Assembly (NCBI GenBank): GCA_030390025.1
Contig: JASTWF010000497.1
Span: 248,001 to 312,000, forward strand
Length of the DNA: 64,000 nt
Direction: 5' to 3'
DNA from: Squalus acanthias
Taxonomy: Eukaryota
The notes below the pieces were generated by a model, which was given only the letters and a program-made list of their open reading frames with translations, was not told where the DNA came from and made no database searches. The position numbers and the translations under genes are program-made. Numbering within the stretch: position 1 is the first letter of the stretch; every line of letters starts with the position of its first letter. Below, in pieces: positions 1 to 11,294 of the stretch.

Positions 1-20
1 TATACTCTTCACGCATTAAG

Positions 21-370
21 TCAACATGATATTTTATATTCCTTGTAGTTTTCAGCTGGCCTCGACCAAATGTTACTTTTTCTGTCTTCAGCTCCTGTTC
101 GTATCTTCAAACTGCAATTACTCAATGATCCTTTTACCAGAGAGAGGCAATTGCCTCTCTGATACAAAGTGATTCTGAAAGAGGTCGCCATGGAGGTTAC
201 AAATGATTGCTTTGACACTGACCCAGTGTAATCTGAACATTGTCCACAAAAGTTGTCTTCATCTGAATTACTGCTGTCAAGTATTGTCCTTGATGCGAGT
301 CTACCAAAATCCCAAAGGTGCTTGTAATGGTTTGTAAAGCACAACGTGCAGCAAAGCCATGCCTGACCCA
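21..370 (-). CDS. Candidate terminal coding exon of an unidentified minus-strand gene
   Basis: Stop-free frame of about 116 codons in non-repeat DNA (GQAWLCCTLCF...YKEYKISC*), preceded on the minus strand by a pyrimidine tract and AG (tccctgctatatgtcctttcag|TG at 371/370). No recognised homology. Confidence 0.3.
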
Positions 371-436
371 CTGAAAGGACATATAGCAGGGACCTCCCAG
401 AGTAACGGCACATGAAATCTCTTTTTTTTTATTCCT

Positions 437-935
437 AATGGCTCAGTTGGTAGAACTCTCACCTCGGAGTCAGAAGGTTGTGGGTTCAAGTCCCACTCCA
501 GAGACTTGAGCACAAAATCCGGCACAGACACGATGGGCCGAATGGCCTCCTTCTGTGCCGTAAATTTCTATGATCTAGGCTGACGCTCCAGTGCAGTACT
601 GAGGGCGTGCTGCACTGTCTGAGGTACCGTCTTTCGGATGAGACGTTAAACCGAGACACCGTCTGGCCTCTCGGGTGGGCGTAAAAGATCCCATGGCACT
701 ATTTCAAAGAACTGCAGGGGAGTTCTCCTCAGTATCCTGGCCAATAATCATCCCTCAATCAACATCACTGAAACAGATGATCTGGTCATTATCACATTGC
801 TGTTTGTGGGAGCTTGCTGTGTGCAAATTGGCTGCCATGTATCCTACATTACAACAGTGACTACACTCCAAAAAGTACTTCATTGGCTGTAAAGCGATTT
901 GGGAGGTCGTGAAAGGCGTTATATAAATGCAAGTC
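437..935 (+). mobile_element. tRNA-derived SINE with Deu-type central domain (SacSINE1/AmnSINE1-like) and L2-like tail
   Basis: A box TGGCTCAGTTGG, B box GGTTCAAGTCCC, core GGATGAGACGTTAAACCGAG...AAAGATCCCATGGCACTATTT...CCTGGCCAATA, tail AAAGGCG.TATATAAATGCAAGT. Many copies in the window. Confidence 0.85.
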
Positions 936-1111
936 TTTTATCTAAGTGCATGTTGTCCTTCACTATCTTGTTTGACAAGAGATTTTTGGATTTGAGATTG
1001 GTTTTAGAACTTGGGACTGTAGCCCCTGTTATCTTGCTTGTTTTCTCCCAAAAAAACAACCACTTTAACAATGCATTCGAGTAACCTGCATAAGGCAGAT
1101 CAGAGATCAGA

Positions 1112-2053
1112 TATATATTAATGACCTGAACTTGTGTATACAGGGCATCATTTCAAAGTTTGCAGATGATACAAAACTCGGAAATTTAGCAAACAATGAG
1201 GATAGTAACAGACTTCAGGCGGACATAGACAAACTGGTGAAATGGACAGATGAAATTTAACAGAGAGGTGTGAAGTGATACATTTTGGTAAGAAGAATGA
1301 GGAGAGGCAATATGAACTAAATGATACAATTTTAAAGGGGGTGCAGGAATAGAGAGACTTGGGGTGTATGTACACAAATCTTTGAAGGTGGCAGGACAAG
1401 GCTGTTAAAAAAGCATATGGGATCTTTGGCTTTATTAATAGAGGCATAAAGTACAAAAGCAAGGAAGTTATGCTAAATCTTTATAATAAATACTGGTTAG
1501 GCCTCAGTTAGAGTATTGAGTTAAATTCTGGGCACCACACTTTAGGAAGGGTGTCAAGGTCTTAGAGAGGGTGCAGAAGAGATTTACTTGAATGGTACCA
1601 GGGATGAGGGACTTCAGTTAGGCAGAGAGACAGGAGAAGCTGGCGTTGTTCTCCTTCGAGCAGAGAAGGTTAAGAGGAGATTTGATCGAGGTGTTCAAAG
1701 TTATGAATGGTTTTGACAGAGTAAATAAGGAGAAACTGTTTCTAGTGGCAGAAGAGTCGAGAACCAGAGGGCACAGATTTAAGGTAATTGGCAAAAGAAC
1801 CAGAGGCGACATGAGGAAATATTTTTTACGCAGCGAGTTGTTGTGATCTGGAATGCACTGCCTGAAAGGGCGGTGGAAGCAGCTTCAATAGTAACATTCA
1901 AAAGAGAATTGGATAAATACTTGAAGGGAAAAAACTTACAGGGCTATGGGGAAAGAGCAGGGGAGTGTGATTAACTGGATAGCTCGAACAAAGAGCTGGC
2001 AGAGGTATGCTGGGCCGAATGGCCTCCTTCCGTGCTGTATCATTCTATGATTC
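1112..2053 (+). mobile_element. 5'-truncated CR1 LINE (ORF2 C-terminus and 3' UTR)
   Basis: Degraded SKFADDTKL, then RRLRGDLIEVFK...RTRGHRFKV, and the tail gggccgaatggcctccttccgtgctgtatcattctatgattct. Confidence 0.9.
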
Positions 2054-2186
2054 TAAGGCAAAAGAAGCCGATGGATGTCAGCGTGATTCAAAGCCATCTG
2101 ATAACATCAAGACTTATCTGCATGCTAACAAAAATGAGACTTTCCTTGCTTCTTTGTTTTAATGGTATGACAACGGTCACCCCATT

Positions 2187-2959
2187 GGCCCAGAATTTCC
2201 TATGAATTTGTGCGCAATCATGGCGTAAAGCCAATTTCCGGTGTAAGAGATTGGGGAAATTCAGGCGTATTTGTGTGTTGTTCGCGTACTTACGATATGC
2301 CCGAATTTCCATGAACTTTTACGCCCATTCACCGAGACCGGGACCTGGATGCACCATTGCTCATTATGTTGGCTCAGCATCCCACCCTCCCCCCGGCATG
2401 GTAGATAGTGGAATTTCCTGCTCGTTCAAAATGGGTGCCAATTTCCGCTCTAAAGTTTAGGTGCAGCAAGACCCAATGTCATATTTCTGGGCCTAAAGGT
2501 ACAATATGGCAGGGCCTGCCTTATTGCTTCGGGCTGCTCAGTAGGCATCCAGGGCGCATGTCTGAAATGTTTGGTCCATTGCGTATGCAAATCGGGGGCC
2601 TACCGCCTGTTCCAGGCCCCTTTGCCAAATTGCTCTGCGAATGACCGCAGCGTGGGCCCTGCGTGCTATAGTCAGTTTCTTCAGGCACTCAGCAGCCAAA
2701 CCAGGGGTCCTCAAATGGAGCGCTGGAGGCTGCCACTGAAAAGATATGTTTAAAGTTATTTTACTTGCCTTATTGGGGAGCAGGAGTGCTTGGGCCCCCA
2801 TTGTTTAGGCTGATTTCCACTTATTTATGCAGATTTACCTGTTCGGGTGTATGCCAATGAGATTGATAAGAGATTCCACAGTCAATTGCCGTTGGCAAAA
2901 TGGGTGTAAATTTTGAGTACAATTTTGGCGTAACCTGCCGCCACAGGAAATTCTGGGCT
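2187..2959. mobile_element. Non-autonomous TIR DNA transposon (PIF/Harbinger-like MITE)
   Basis: TIR GGCCCAGAATTTCC (2187) and GGAAATTCTGGGCT (2946-2959). GC-rich non-coding interior. TSD not clean. Confidence 0.7.
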
Positions 2960-3762
2960 CAACTGCATATCTGAACTCTTCCTTCCAAGTGGTAGACTTG
3001 CTGTCCAAGGTGGTCTACTCCTCCCTGTATCCTCACTGTGTTAAAAACAGGGCTCATCGCAGTGTCATGCTCTAACTCATCCTTTCAAAACCATGGAAAT
3101 CCTTATTTCCCTAAGTCTTTCCTGCCCCCTACAAGCTTCCAGAGTTTACTTGGGATCATTTAATCCCTATTTCTTGTGTTGTCTCTTCTTCTCATTTACG
3201 CTTTTCAAACTTGATGTATGGCACTGTGGATCTTGGGCCTTTAATCTTGGTTTCTCAATTTAAAAAATAGTCATCCTGAATTTTACCCTGGCTGGGTTCC
3301 TAATGGTAGCAGTAGACATCATTCAATCTGGCACAGGTCAAATTTTTCTTGCATAGTCTGTCCCGTAGTTTTCTCAGCCCAGTCTGGTCAATGCCCTGAA
3401 CTTCTGTAGTCTGGCTCGTATTCTAAATCCAGTGTTCAGTCAAGTGTTCCCTTTAATATGTTGATAGGGTGAGATGAAGTAAGATGGGAGGAAGCTCGTG
3501 TGGAGCTTAAACACTGGCATAGACCTGTTGGGCTGAATTGCCAGTCTCTGTGCTCTAAATACTAAGTAAGGTTTAGCCATATTCAGTCCAAAGTTCCCTC
3601 TACTGTTCCCAGCATTTTGCTGTGCAACGCACGTGGCTTTAATGCTTTTTTGTTCTAATTGACAATTGCATTGCCTTGGTGGCTTTACGTCAACCCTTCT
3701 GCTTATCCAAATGGAAGATTGAAACCTATGTTACAAACATGGGAGGTGGTGGGGGGGGGGCG

Positions 3763-4600
3763 CGGTGGGACATTTTCTACTTGGGCACCAAATGGACACG
3801 ATATCGGTGGAGTGCCCGCCCAATGCGGCAGTCGGGAGACCCGAACCGTTTTCAGACTCTGGCCTCATTAACGTTTTTCCGGCAAGTTGCGGGTGCTAAA
3901 CAACAACAGCAACAACTTGTATTTATATAGCACCTTTAATGCAGTAAAACCGTCCCAAGGCGCTGTTAGCAGACAAATTTTGACATCGAACTACATAAAG
4001 AGATATTGGGCCAGGCGAACAACAGCATGGTCAAAGAGATAGGTTTAAATGGGCGCTCTGCTGCAGCTCGCCAGTTTTCTGTGGCGAAGGACGGCCGGCT
4101 CTGGCATGCAGCCAGCTGGCAGGTAAGGCCTATTTGGTGGGGGGGGGCGGGGGCAGGGAGCAAATGCTGGGGGTTGGAGAGGGGGAATGAGAATAAGCTG
4201 GCAGCGGGCGGAAGGTTTCTGTGGGGCCTGGAGGAGGACTCCTGCTCCTCCTGGCTCCACGAGAATCTTCAAAAGAGAGCAAAAAGTGTATCTTTTTGGA
4301 GAGGCCTCCAGCGGTCACTTTAAGGACTATCGGCTCAGCCTCTCAAGGCCCGGAGAAAGTGGAACTAGATGGCGCTGTGCAAGCTCCTCCTTCGAGAAGT
4401 TCACCGTTGTTCTTTTCCCACCTCCCTGTCTACTTGCCGAATGGGCACAGGTGCCGCCAGCAATGCCATCCTACTACCAACAATGAATGAAGATGTGGGT
4501 CATAAATGCTGTGGAGAGATGTGAGCCGAACTGAGTGAGAAAGCATTTGCTGCAATCTTACCTGTCAATCTCGCAGGGCCGTGCTGAAGATTGGAGTCTG
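3763..4600. mobile_element. Degraded MITE-like element, interrupted by a minus-strand L2-type 3' fragment (about 3900-4050)
   Basis: GC-rich interior shares the GGAGGAG-loop-CTCCTCC hairpin with other MITEs. caacaacagcaacaacttgtatttatatagcacctttaa resembles the reverse complement of the L2 tail at about 5200-5237. Confidence 0.45.
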
Positions 4601-4744
4601 CAGAGTGCTTTTGAACAATTGCACCATTATTGCACTCAAGTTTCATGGGGGTTCAGCTGCTTACATTTGTCTTGCACGTGAATCACACCAGTACTTACAC
4701 CAGTTCTTATGCCAGTTAGTGTACTCGGGAGGTTTGCGTGTATG

Positions 4745-5237
4745 CCGGCTGCCCGTATCCTAACTCGCACCAAGTCCCGTTCACCCATCACCCCTGTGCT
4801 CGCTGACCGACATTGGCTCTCGGTTAAGCAGCACCTCGATTTCAATATTCTCATCCTTGTTTTCAAATCCCTCCATGGCCTCGCCCCTCCCTATCTCTGG
4901 AATCTCCTTAAGCACTCCCCCCCCACCCCTTGAGATATCTGCGCTCCTCTAATTCTGGCTTCTTGAGCATCCCTGATTATAATCGCTCAACCATTGGTGG
5001 CCGTGCCTTCTGTTGCCTAGGCCCTAAGCTCTGGAATTTCCTGCCTAAACCTCTCCGCCTCACCACCTCTCTTTCCTCCTTTAAGATGTTCCTTAAAACC
5101 TACCTCTTAGACCAAGCTTTTGGTCACCTGTCCTAATGTGGCTCGGTGTCAATTTTTTTGTCTTATAATACTCCTGTGAAGCGCCTTGGGACGTTTTACT
5201 ACGTTAAAGGCGCTATATAAATACACATTGTTGTTGT
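4745..5237 (+). mobile_element. L2-clade LINE 3' fragment
   Basis: AARILT...PITPVLADRHWLSVKQHLDFNILILVFKSLHGLAPPYL and GGRAFCCLGPKLWNFLP...FKMFLKTYL are the typical L2 ORF2 C-terminus. Tail ends ttgttgttg. Confidence 0.88.
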
Positions 5238-5569
5238 ATCTCCCTCTGCTGGTGGACAGCATAACTTTCCTATGGAATAACAGCATAACTACAGCGTAAC
5301 TGATGGGGCCCATGTGTTAACGGTGGATGTTTTTTTACCCTATAATACAGAGAAACTGTAAGTCGGTTGAGTTTCTGAGATTGGGCATGTCGTAAAAGCT
5401 CAGGTGCACATTCGTGATATCTTAAAATGTTCATTGTTTTGCACTGTGAGTAATAGTGCAAATGAACACTTGAATGGGACATGGAGTGCAAAAGAAATCA
5501 GTGCAGTTTAGCATTCGCTAAAATCTTGTGCAGTCATGTGGAACCATTATGTAACACATTGGAAACAAG

Positions 5570-5880
5570 GATAGTCAAAGAAGCGATGGAATTATTCAAA
5601 AGTTTTTTTTTAAAGAAAGGTAATACCATAAAGGATATATATGATTAAGAGGACTTAAAGTTGAGAATCCACCAGACCTGGATTGTCTATACTCCAGACA
5701 CTGAGGAAGATGACTAATGACATAGCAGAGACATTAACCATAGTTTTCCAAAATACTTTGAAAGCAACAATTGTACCATAGTCCAAGAGGGTGGCAAATG
5801 TTGCACTCCTTTTCAAAAAAAATGAAAATGGGATAAGACAGAAAACTATAGAATGGTTAAGAGAAAACTTAAACTGAGTA
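5570..5880 (+). mobile_element. Heavily decayed CR1 ORF2 fragment
   Basis: Remnants of SPDLD.LYSRHL...WRVANVAPLFKK...NYR-like sequence. Confidence 0.5.
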
Positions 5881-5899
5881 TGACCCACATCAATGAATT

Positions 5900-6275
5900 A
5901 CCTATTGAGATGCAGCCACTTTGTGCATAGCAAGGTCCCACAAACAGCAACTGAATTGAATAACAAGTAAGGCTTTTTTTTCCACTGTTAAGCAGGATAT
6001 CCTGAGAACTCCTTGCTCTTCTTCGAATATTACCATAGAACTTACACTTCTTCGAATATTATCAAAGGATTTTAAATGGCCGCCTGAACCAGGAGATAGG
6101 GCTTCAGTTTAACATCTTATCTGAAGCACGGCACCTTCAAGAATGCAGGATTCCCCAAGTGTTGCACTGAAGTGTCGGCCTAGATTATCTACTATCTAGA
6201 TTATCTGGAGGGAGGCTGAACTCAGCAGGTTCTGACTCTGGGGAAAAACTGATAGCAACTGAGCCAAGCTGACGC
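5900..6275 (-). mobile_element. Decayed Deu-type SINE
   Basis: Reverse complement of the SINE head (caactgagccaagctgac) and core (tcagtttaacatcttatctgaagcacggcacc). Confidence 0.7.
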
Positions 6276-6309
6276 TACAGTTAACAAAAGAGTGTAATAA
6301 GGGATCTCT

Positions 6310-6712
6310 TCCTAGGCGGAACCGAGGATGACTTGCTTCCACGTTAAAAATGAGCTCTCAGGTGACTGATGAGTCCAATGCAGGACCTACAGTCTCTGTC
6401 ACAGGTGGGGCAGACGGTGGTTGAAGGGGCGGGTGGGTGGGGTGCTTGGGTTGACGTGCGCTCCTTCCGCTGTTTGCGCTTTGCTTCCGCTTGCTCCCGG
6501 CGAAGAGACTCGAGGTGTTCGGCGCCTTCCTCCACTTTGTGCGGTTTTGGGCCAGGGATTCATTCCCAGGAGTCGGTGGGGATGTTGCACTTTTTCAAGG
6601 AGGCTTTGAGGGTGTCCTTGAAGCGTTTCCTCTGCCCACCTGGGGCTCTCTTGCCGTGTCGGAGCTCCGAGTAGAGCGCTTGTTTTAGGAGTCTCATATC
6701 GGGGCATGCGGA
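6310..6712 (-). mobile_element. RTE (BovB-like) LINE 3' fragment
   Basis: ...EGAEHLESLRREQAEAKRKQRKER...CPTCDRDCRSCIGLISHLRAH, the C-terminal C2H2-like motif of RTE ORF. Confidence 0.85.
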
Positions 6713-6849
6713 TAGCATTGGTGACACTTACCATGATACTTTCTTCTCAGTTGAAACTATTTATGAGCAGCTTGTTTAGAGATTCATTAGAACAAGTGCG
6801 TAGGGGAAAATGTCAGGATTAAGAGTTGATCAGTTACAAGTGTCGAAAA

Positions 6850-7175
6850 AGCTTGAAAGGGTTTGAGAGAGTAAACAGTGAAAGATTATTTCCACTGGTC
6901 GGTGAATTCGTAACAATGGTGCATAAATTAGCACGAGAAACACAGAGTTGTTTTTTCATGCAAAGGGTTGTTAGAATGCAGGGTGCTTTACTACAAGTGG
7001 CTATTGGAACCAATCATGGTATTTAAAAAGGAGTTAGATAAACATTTGAAGAGAAGCATGAAAAGGTATGAGAAAAGAGCAGAGAAATGGATTAGAGTGG
7101 ACATCTGTTAGGGAACATGCACAGGCATAATAGGCTACATTGCCTCCTTCTCGACTAACATTTCTACGATTCTCA
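6850..7175 (+). mobile_element. Decayed CR1 3' fragment
   Basis: LKGFERVNSERLFPLVGE...FFMQRVVRM plus a degenerate 3' UTR. Confidence 0.7.
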
Positions 7176-7358
7176 AGAGAAGCTGAAGATGACATGACAG
7201 AGAATAATAGTAAAATGAGCTTTGCAGTTTGCAACCTGACATTGTAAACCACAGGCCATTATTCTGGATGCCCTTTCACTGATCTGTGCCCCAGTACCTC
7301 TACATAGTGAGCAATAGCATGAAGTCAAGAATAGTCTTGTTTAATACCTGTAACCTAG

Positions 7359-7665
7359 AAGTGCAACATCCCCACCGATGCCTGGGAATCCCTGGCCCAA
7401 GACCGCACAAAGTGGAGGAGAAGCATCCGGGAAGGCGCCGAACACCTCGAGTCTCTTCGTTGGGAGCAAGCAGAAGCCAAGCACAAACAGCGGAAGGAGC
7501 GCACGTCAACCCAAGCACCCCACCCACCCGCCCCTTCAACCACCGTCTGCCCCACCTGTGACAGAGACTGTCAGTCCCGCATTGGACTCATCAGTCACCT
7601 GAGAACTCATTTTTAATGTGGAAGCAAGTCATCCTCGGTTCCGAGGGACTGCCTAAGAAGAAGAA
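7359..7665 (+). mobile_element. RTE LINE 3' fragment, inverted relative to 6310-6712
   Basis: Near-identical reverse complement of 6310-6590. Ends gagggactgcctaagaagaaga. Confidence 0.85.
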
Positions 7666-8784
7666 TGGGGCAGATTTTCTCATTCCTGAACCTAGTGTAT
7701 TAAATCACCTGGATGAAGTGCATTGAGGAAAATTGGGCAGGCAGGAACCTGTGCCCATGAGGGAACCCACCCAGGTTTTTTTTTTCCATCCAGCACCTCG
7801 GCAGTGGGATCCATAAAAGCCAGCTGCCATGGTCGGGGATCTTCTGGCTGCTGTCCAAAAACAGATGCCAGGTAAACTCCAGCTGACACCTGGCCTGACG
7901 TCCCTAAAAGGAAGAGAAGGAACTAGTCTGCAGAGCTGCTGCCCACCGTTCCCCTGATCGGTGGGGGGGCTGGGTACAAGGCCTCAAGCCCTGCTTCTTC
8001 TGGGCACCCCTCCAAATGGGCACCACAGTGGCAAAACAACAGGAAAAGGAGGTTCTGGGCGGGGGAACGCTCCTCCTGCCTCATTTGCATGGAAATGCTG
8101 TGCCTGTGCATATTGCAGAAGCAGGCACTTTCCCCTATTTGCATGTTTTAAATTGATACAACACTGATTTCAGGCAGCTGCCAGAAACGCCTAAAAACAG
8201 TGAGGACCAATCTGAGGGTGACCAGTCCACGGGTGTAAGCCCTCATGCTCATAAATTGGTATACCTTGCGGCCACTTTCTGCCCGGAAAATGTGCAAAAC
8301 GCATCCCAATTTGTACGCCATGGAGTCCACCTTATCCCTGGTTCATTAAGGCCTTCTATCTGTACAGCACACTCCATCAGCTTTTTAAATTGCCAAGCAG
8401 ATGGGTCCATATTTTGACCTGTTGGTTCAGACACCAACTCAGTATAGTGCTCTCTCCAGTTCTTCAGGATGCCCTAATGGGTTTGTTGAAGAGCACTGTA
8501 CTCGTCAGTCACTGGCACTAGCCCAGACGAACCCTTTCAACCATAATTGATGACAGACTTTATCCAACAGAAAAACTATTCAGAATCATTTATGTTGAAT
8601 TGTGCACTCTTGAAAATGAACATAACACACTGATCCCATTTCATCTCCCTAATGACTCTCTTAGCCTCTAGATGCACTGCATCATAATCTCCCTTCAGAG
8701 CAGCTCTCAGAAGCATCAAGTGCTGCTTTAAAGGCTCACAGCTTTCCCCTAACTGCTCCTCTTCGCTTTGCAAAGGAAAGGAAA

Positions 8785-9222
8785 CAGCTTGCATTGATAT
8801 AGCGCCTTTCATGACTTCAGGACGTCCCAAAGCACTTTACAGCCAATGAAGTACTTTTGAAGTGTAGTCACTGTTGTAACGCAGGAGAACACGGGAGCCA
8901 ATTTTGCACACAGCAAGATCCAATAAACAGCAATGCAATAATGACCAGATCATCTGTTGTAGTGATGGTGGTTGAGGGATAAATATTGGCCAGGATGCCG
9001 GGGAGAACTCCCCTGCTCTTTTTTGAGGGGCCTCTGAGAGGGCAGACGGGGCCTCAGTTTAACGTCTCATCTGAAAGACAGCACCTCCGACAATGCAACA
9101 CTCCCTCAGTACTGCACTGGAGTGTCAGCCTGGACTATGTGCTCAAGTCTCTGGAGTGCGACTTGAACCCACAGCCTTGTGACTCAGGTGAGAGTGCTAC
9201 CAACTGAGCCAAGGCTGACACC
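8785..9222 (-). mobile_element. Deu-type tRNA SINE
   Basis: Full reverse-complement match to the 437-935 element, including the A and B boxes. Confidence 0.85.
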
Positions 9223-9344
9223 TTAGCAGATACCTTAACAGACCCTGCATGGTCAATGAGTGGTTAGCCGTTGTACCTTCAGGATGTTTATGATCTTAGC
9301 TGCAGAGGAAAAAAAAATAATTGGCCACATCATGTTCCGCCCGC

Positions 9345-9730
9345 TCCAGAGACTTGAGCACAAAAATCTAGGTTGACACTGCAGTGCAGTACTGAGGGAG
9401 TTAAACCGAGGCCCCGTCTACTTTCTCAGGTGGATGTAAAAGATCCCATGGCACTATTTCGAAGAAGAGCAGTGGAGTTATCCCCGGTGTCCTGGCCAAT
9501 ATTTATCCCTCAAACACCATTTAAAAATAAAACAGATTATCTGGTCATTATCACATTGCTGTTTGTGGGAGCTTGCTATGCGCAAATTGGCTGCTGCATT
9601 TCCTACGTTACAACAGCGACTACATTTCAAGAAGTACTTAATTGGCTGTAAAGCACTTTGGGATGTCCAGTGGTTATGAAAGGCGCTGAATAAATGCAAG
9701 TCTCTCTCTCTCTCTCTCTCTTTCTCTCTC
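9345..9730 (+). mobile_element. Deu-type SINE (head truncated) ending in a (CT)n microsatellite
   Basis: ctccagagacttgagcacaaaaatctagg...aaagatcccatggcactatttcgaagaagagc...aaatgcaagtctctctc. Confidence 0.85.
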
Positions 9731-11294
9731 AAGTCCAACCTTTCAGGAAGTACACATGTCCAGTCCTAGGGGTTATGGTCACCAATATTCTACTCATGGC
9801 TGAGCATCTCTACACAATCAGAGGCCATCAATCAGTCCGACTTGGCGATCATCTCTCTTGTTTTGAAGCCAGCGTCTTGCCTAAGACAGCTCAGAACCGC
9901 CCTCTTAACAAAAAAAAGTAACCAGCTAGTCATCCAAAGCCTTCCAGCAATGTACAACAATGCAATTGGAAATCAAAGGATGTGCAAAGCATTTCACAAC
10001 ACCAAGGTCAAGTGCTGTTCCACTCTGTGCCCTGTGCTGATATGACAAGATTGGTGAAAGGAAGCATAAAGTACTGTAGTCACAGAGATTTGCTCCACCT
10101 ATGAAGTTCTATGCTTGACCTATTCGAATCACCCACAAGATGCATTGGACAGTTAATAAACTGTTCCGTGAGGTGATTCGGAGACACACGTAGAAACCCA
10201 AACTCTGATACTCTGCACCATGCAGCTCCTGAGGAACTTGCGTGGTTCCTACAAAACAAGGCCTGGACCATGAAAGGGTGCCTTTGCTCAGACAAGACTA
10301 GCCAAACGCACTCCCTCCAGCTTAGCTCCCAGACTCTGACTATCACTGCTTGGAGATCAGGGTGATGACCTGGACTTGCTTTGTATCTGAGCTCATAACT
10401 CGTTCAACTACTTGGTAACCACAGAACTTTAGGTCACTGACCATTCCACAGCCTGCTTGAAGAGCAAAGACATGAATTGTTTCCTGGGAAAGGAAAGGTT
10501 CCATCTCTGGTTTCTTACCACCCAAGAATTTGGTCTTCCAGGTGGCAAAAGAGAAGCCAAATTTGTGTGATGAAACCGTATGCTGCCATGAACCATTTCT
10601 TTGGCAGGTTGAGGAGGTTGGCTGATCATTTTAGTTTGCAGTCCTTTACTCCTCACTCCCTCCAGCTTAGCTCCCAGTCTCCTCATAGCACAAGCATTGA
10701 CTCACTTTGCAATTGATTGCACTGCAGATGTATACTTGTGCCTTTGACCCAATTATTGCTGATACAAGGCTCAACCCTTGTGTATTGTTATTGGTTTCTG
10801 TAAATTTCTTTCACTCCTCAAGGTGGGTGGGCAAAATATCCAAAGGATGGTTGGGGAATGTCTGGAAGTGACATTCAATATCTGGTTGTCACTAAATGTA
10901 CATTGAATCGTCTTGTATATATGCAGTTGTTTGTCTTGAAAACATGCAGTGCATGAGACTTCTACAAACCTTTATGTTTTATTTGCTGCATCTTTCATGA
11001 GACTTTCTGCCCACAATTTTGAATATCCATGTTATCAACTCCAATATATTATTCCAACACGCTATGGTGACCTGAGACCTTGTGTAATTATTCTGTAAAA
11101 TATGATTGTAAATTAAAGTTTTTTTTTATTTCCTCTAAATAGAATTCAAACGCGTTGCCTCCCACACCTCCTCCCAGTCCTTATTAATAATTCATGCAGC
11201 CAAGTCATCAGACCATCGATCAGAAATCTGTGGGATGTGCTCCTTAGTCAGGCCAATGGAAATATTTACTTAAGTTGTCCAAGTCTGCGCCAGC

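Noticed and set aside
437-500. tRNA genes at SINE heads (also 29190 and 31794)
   Set aside because: A and B boxes continue into SINE bodies and no complete cloverleaf is evident.
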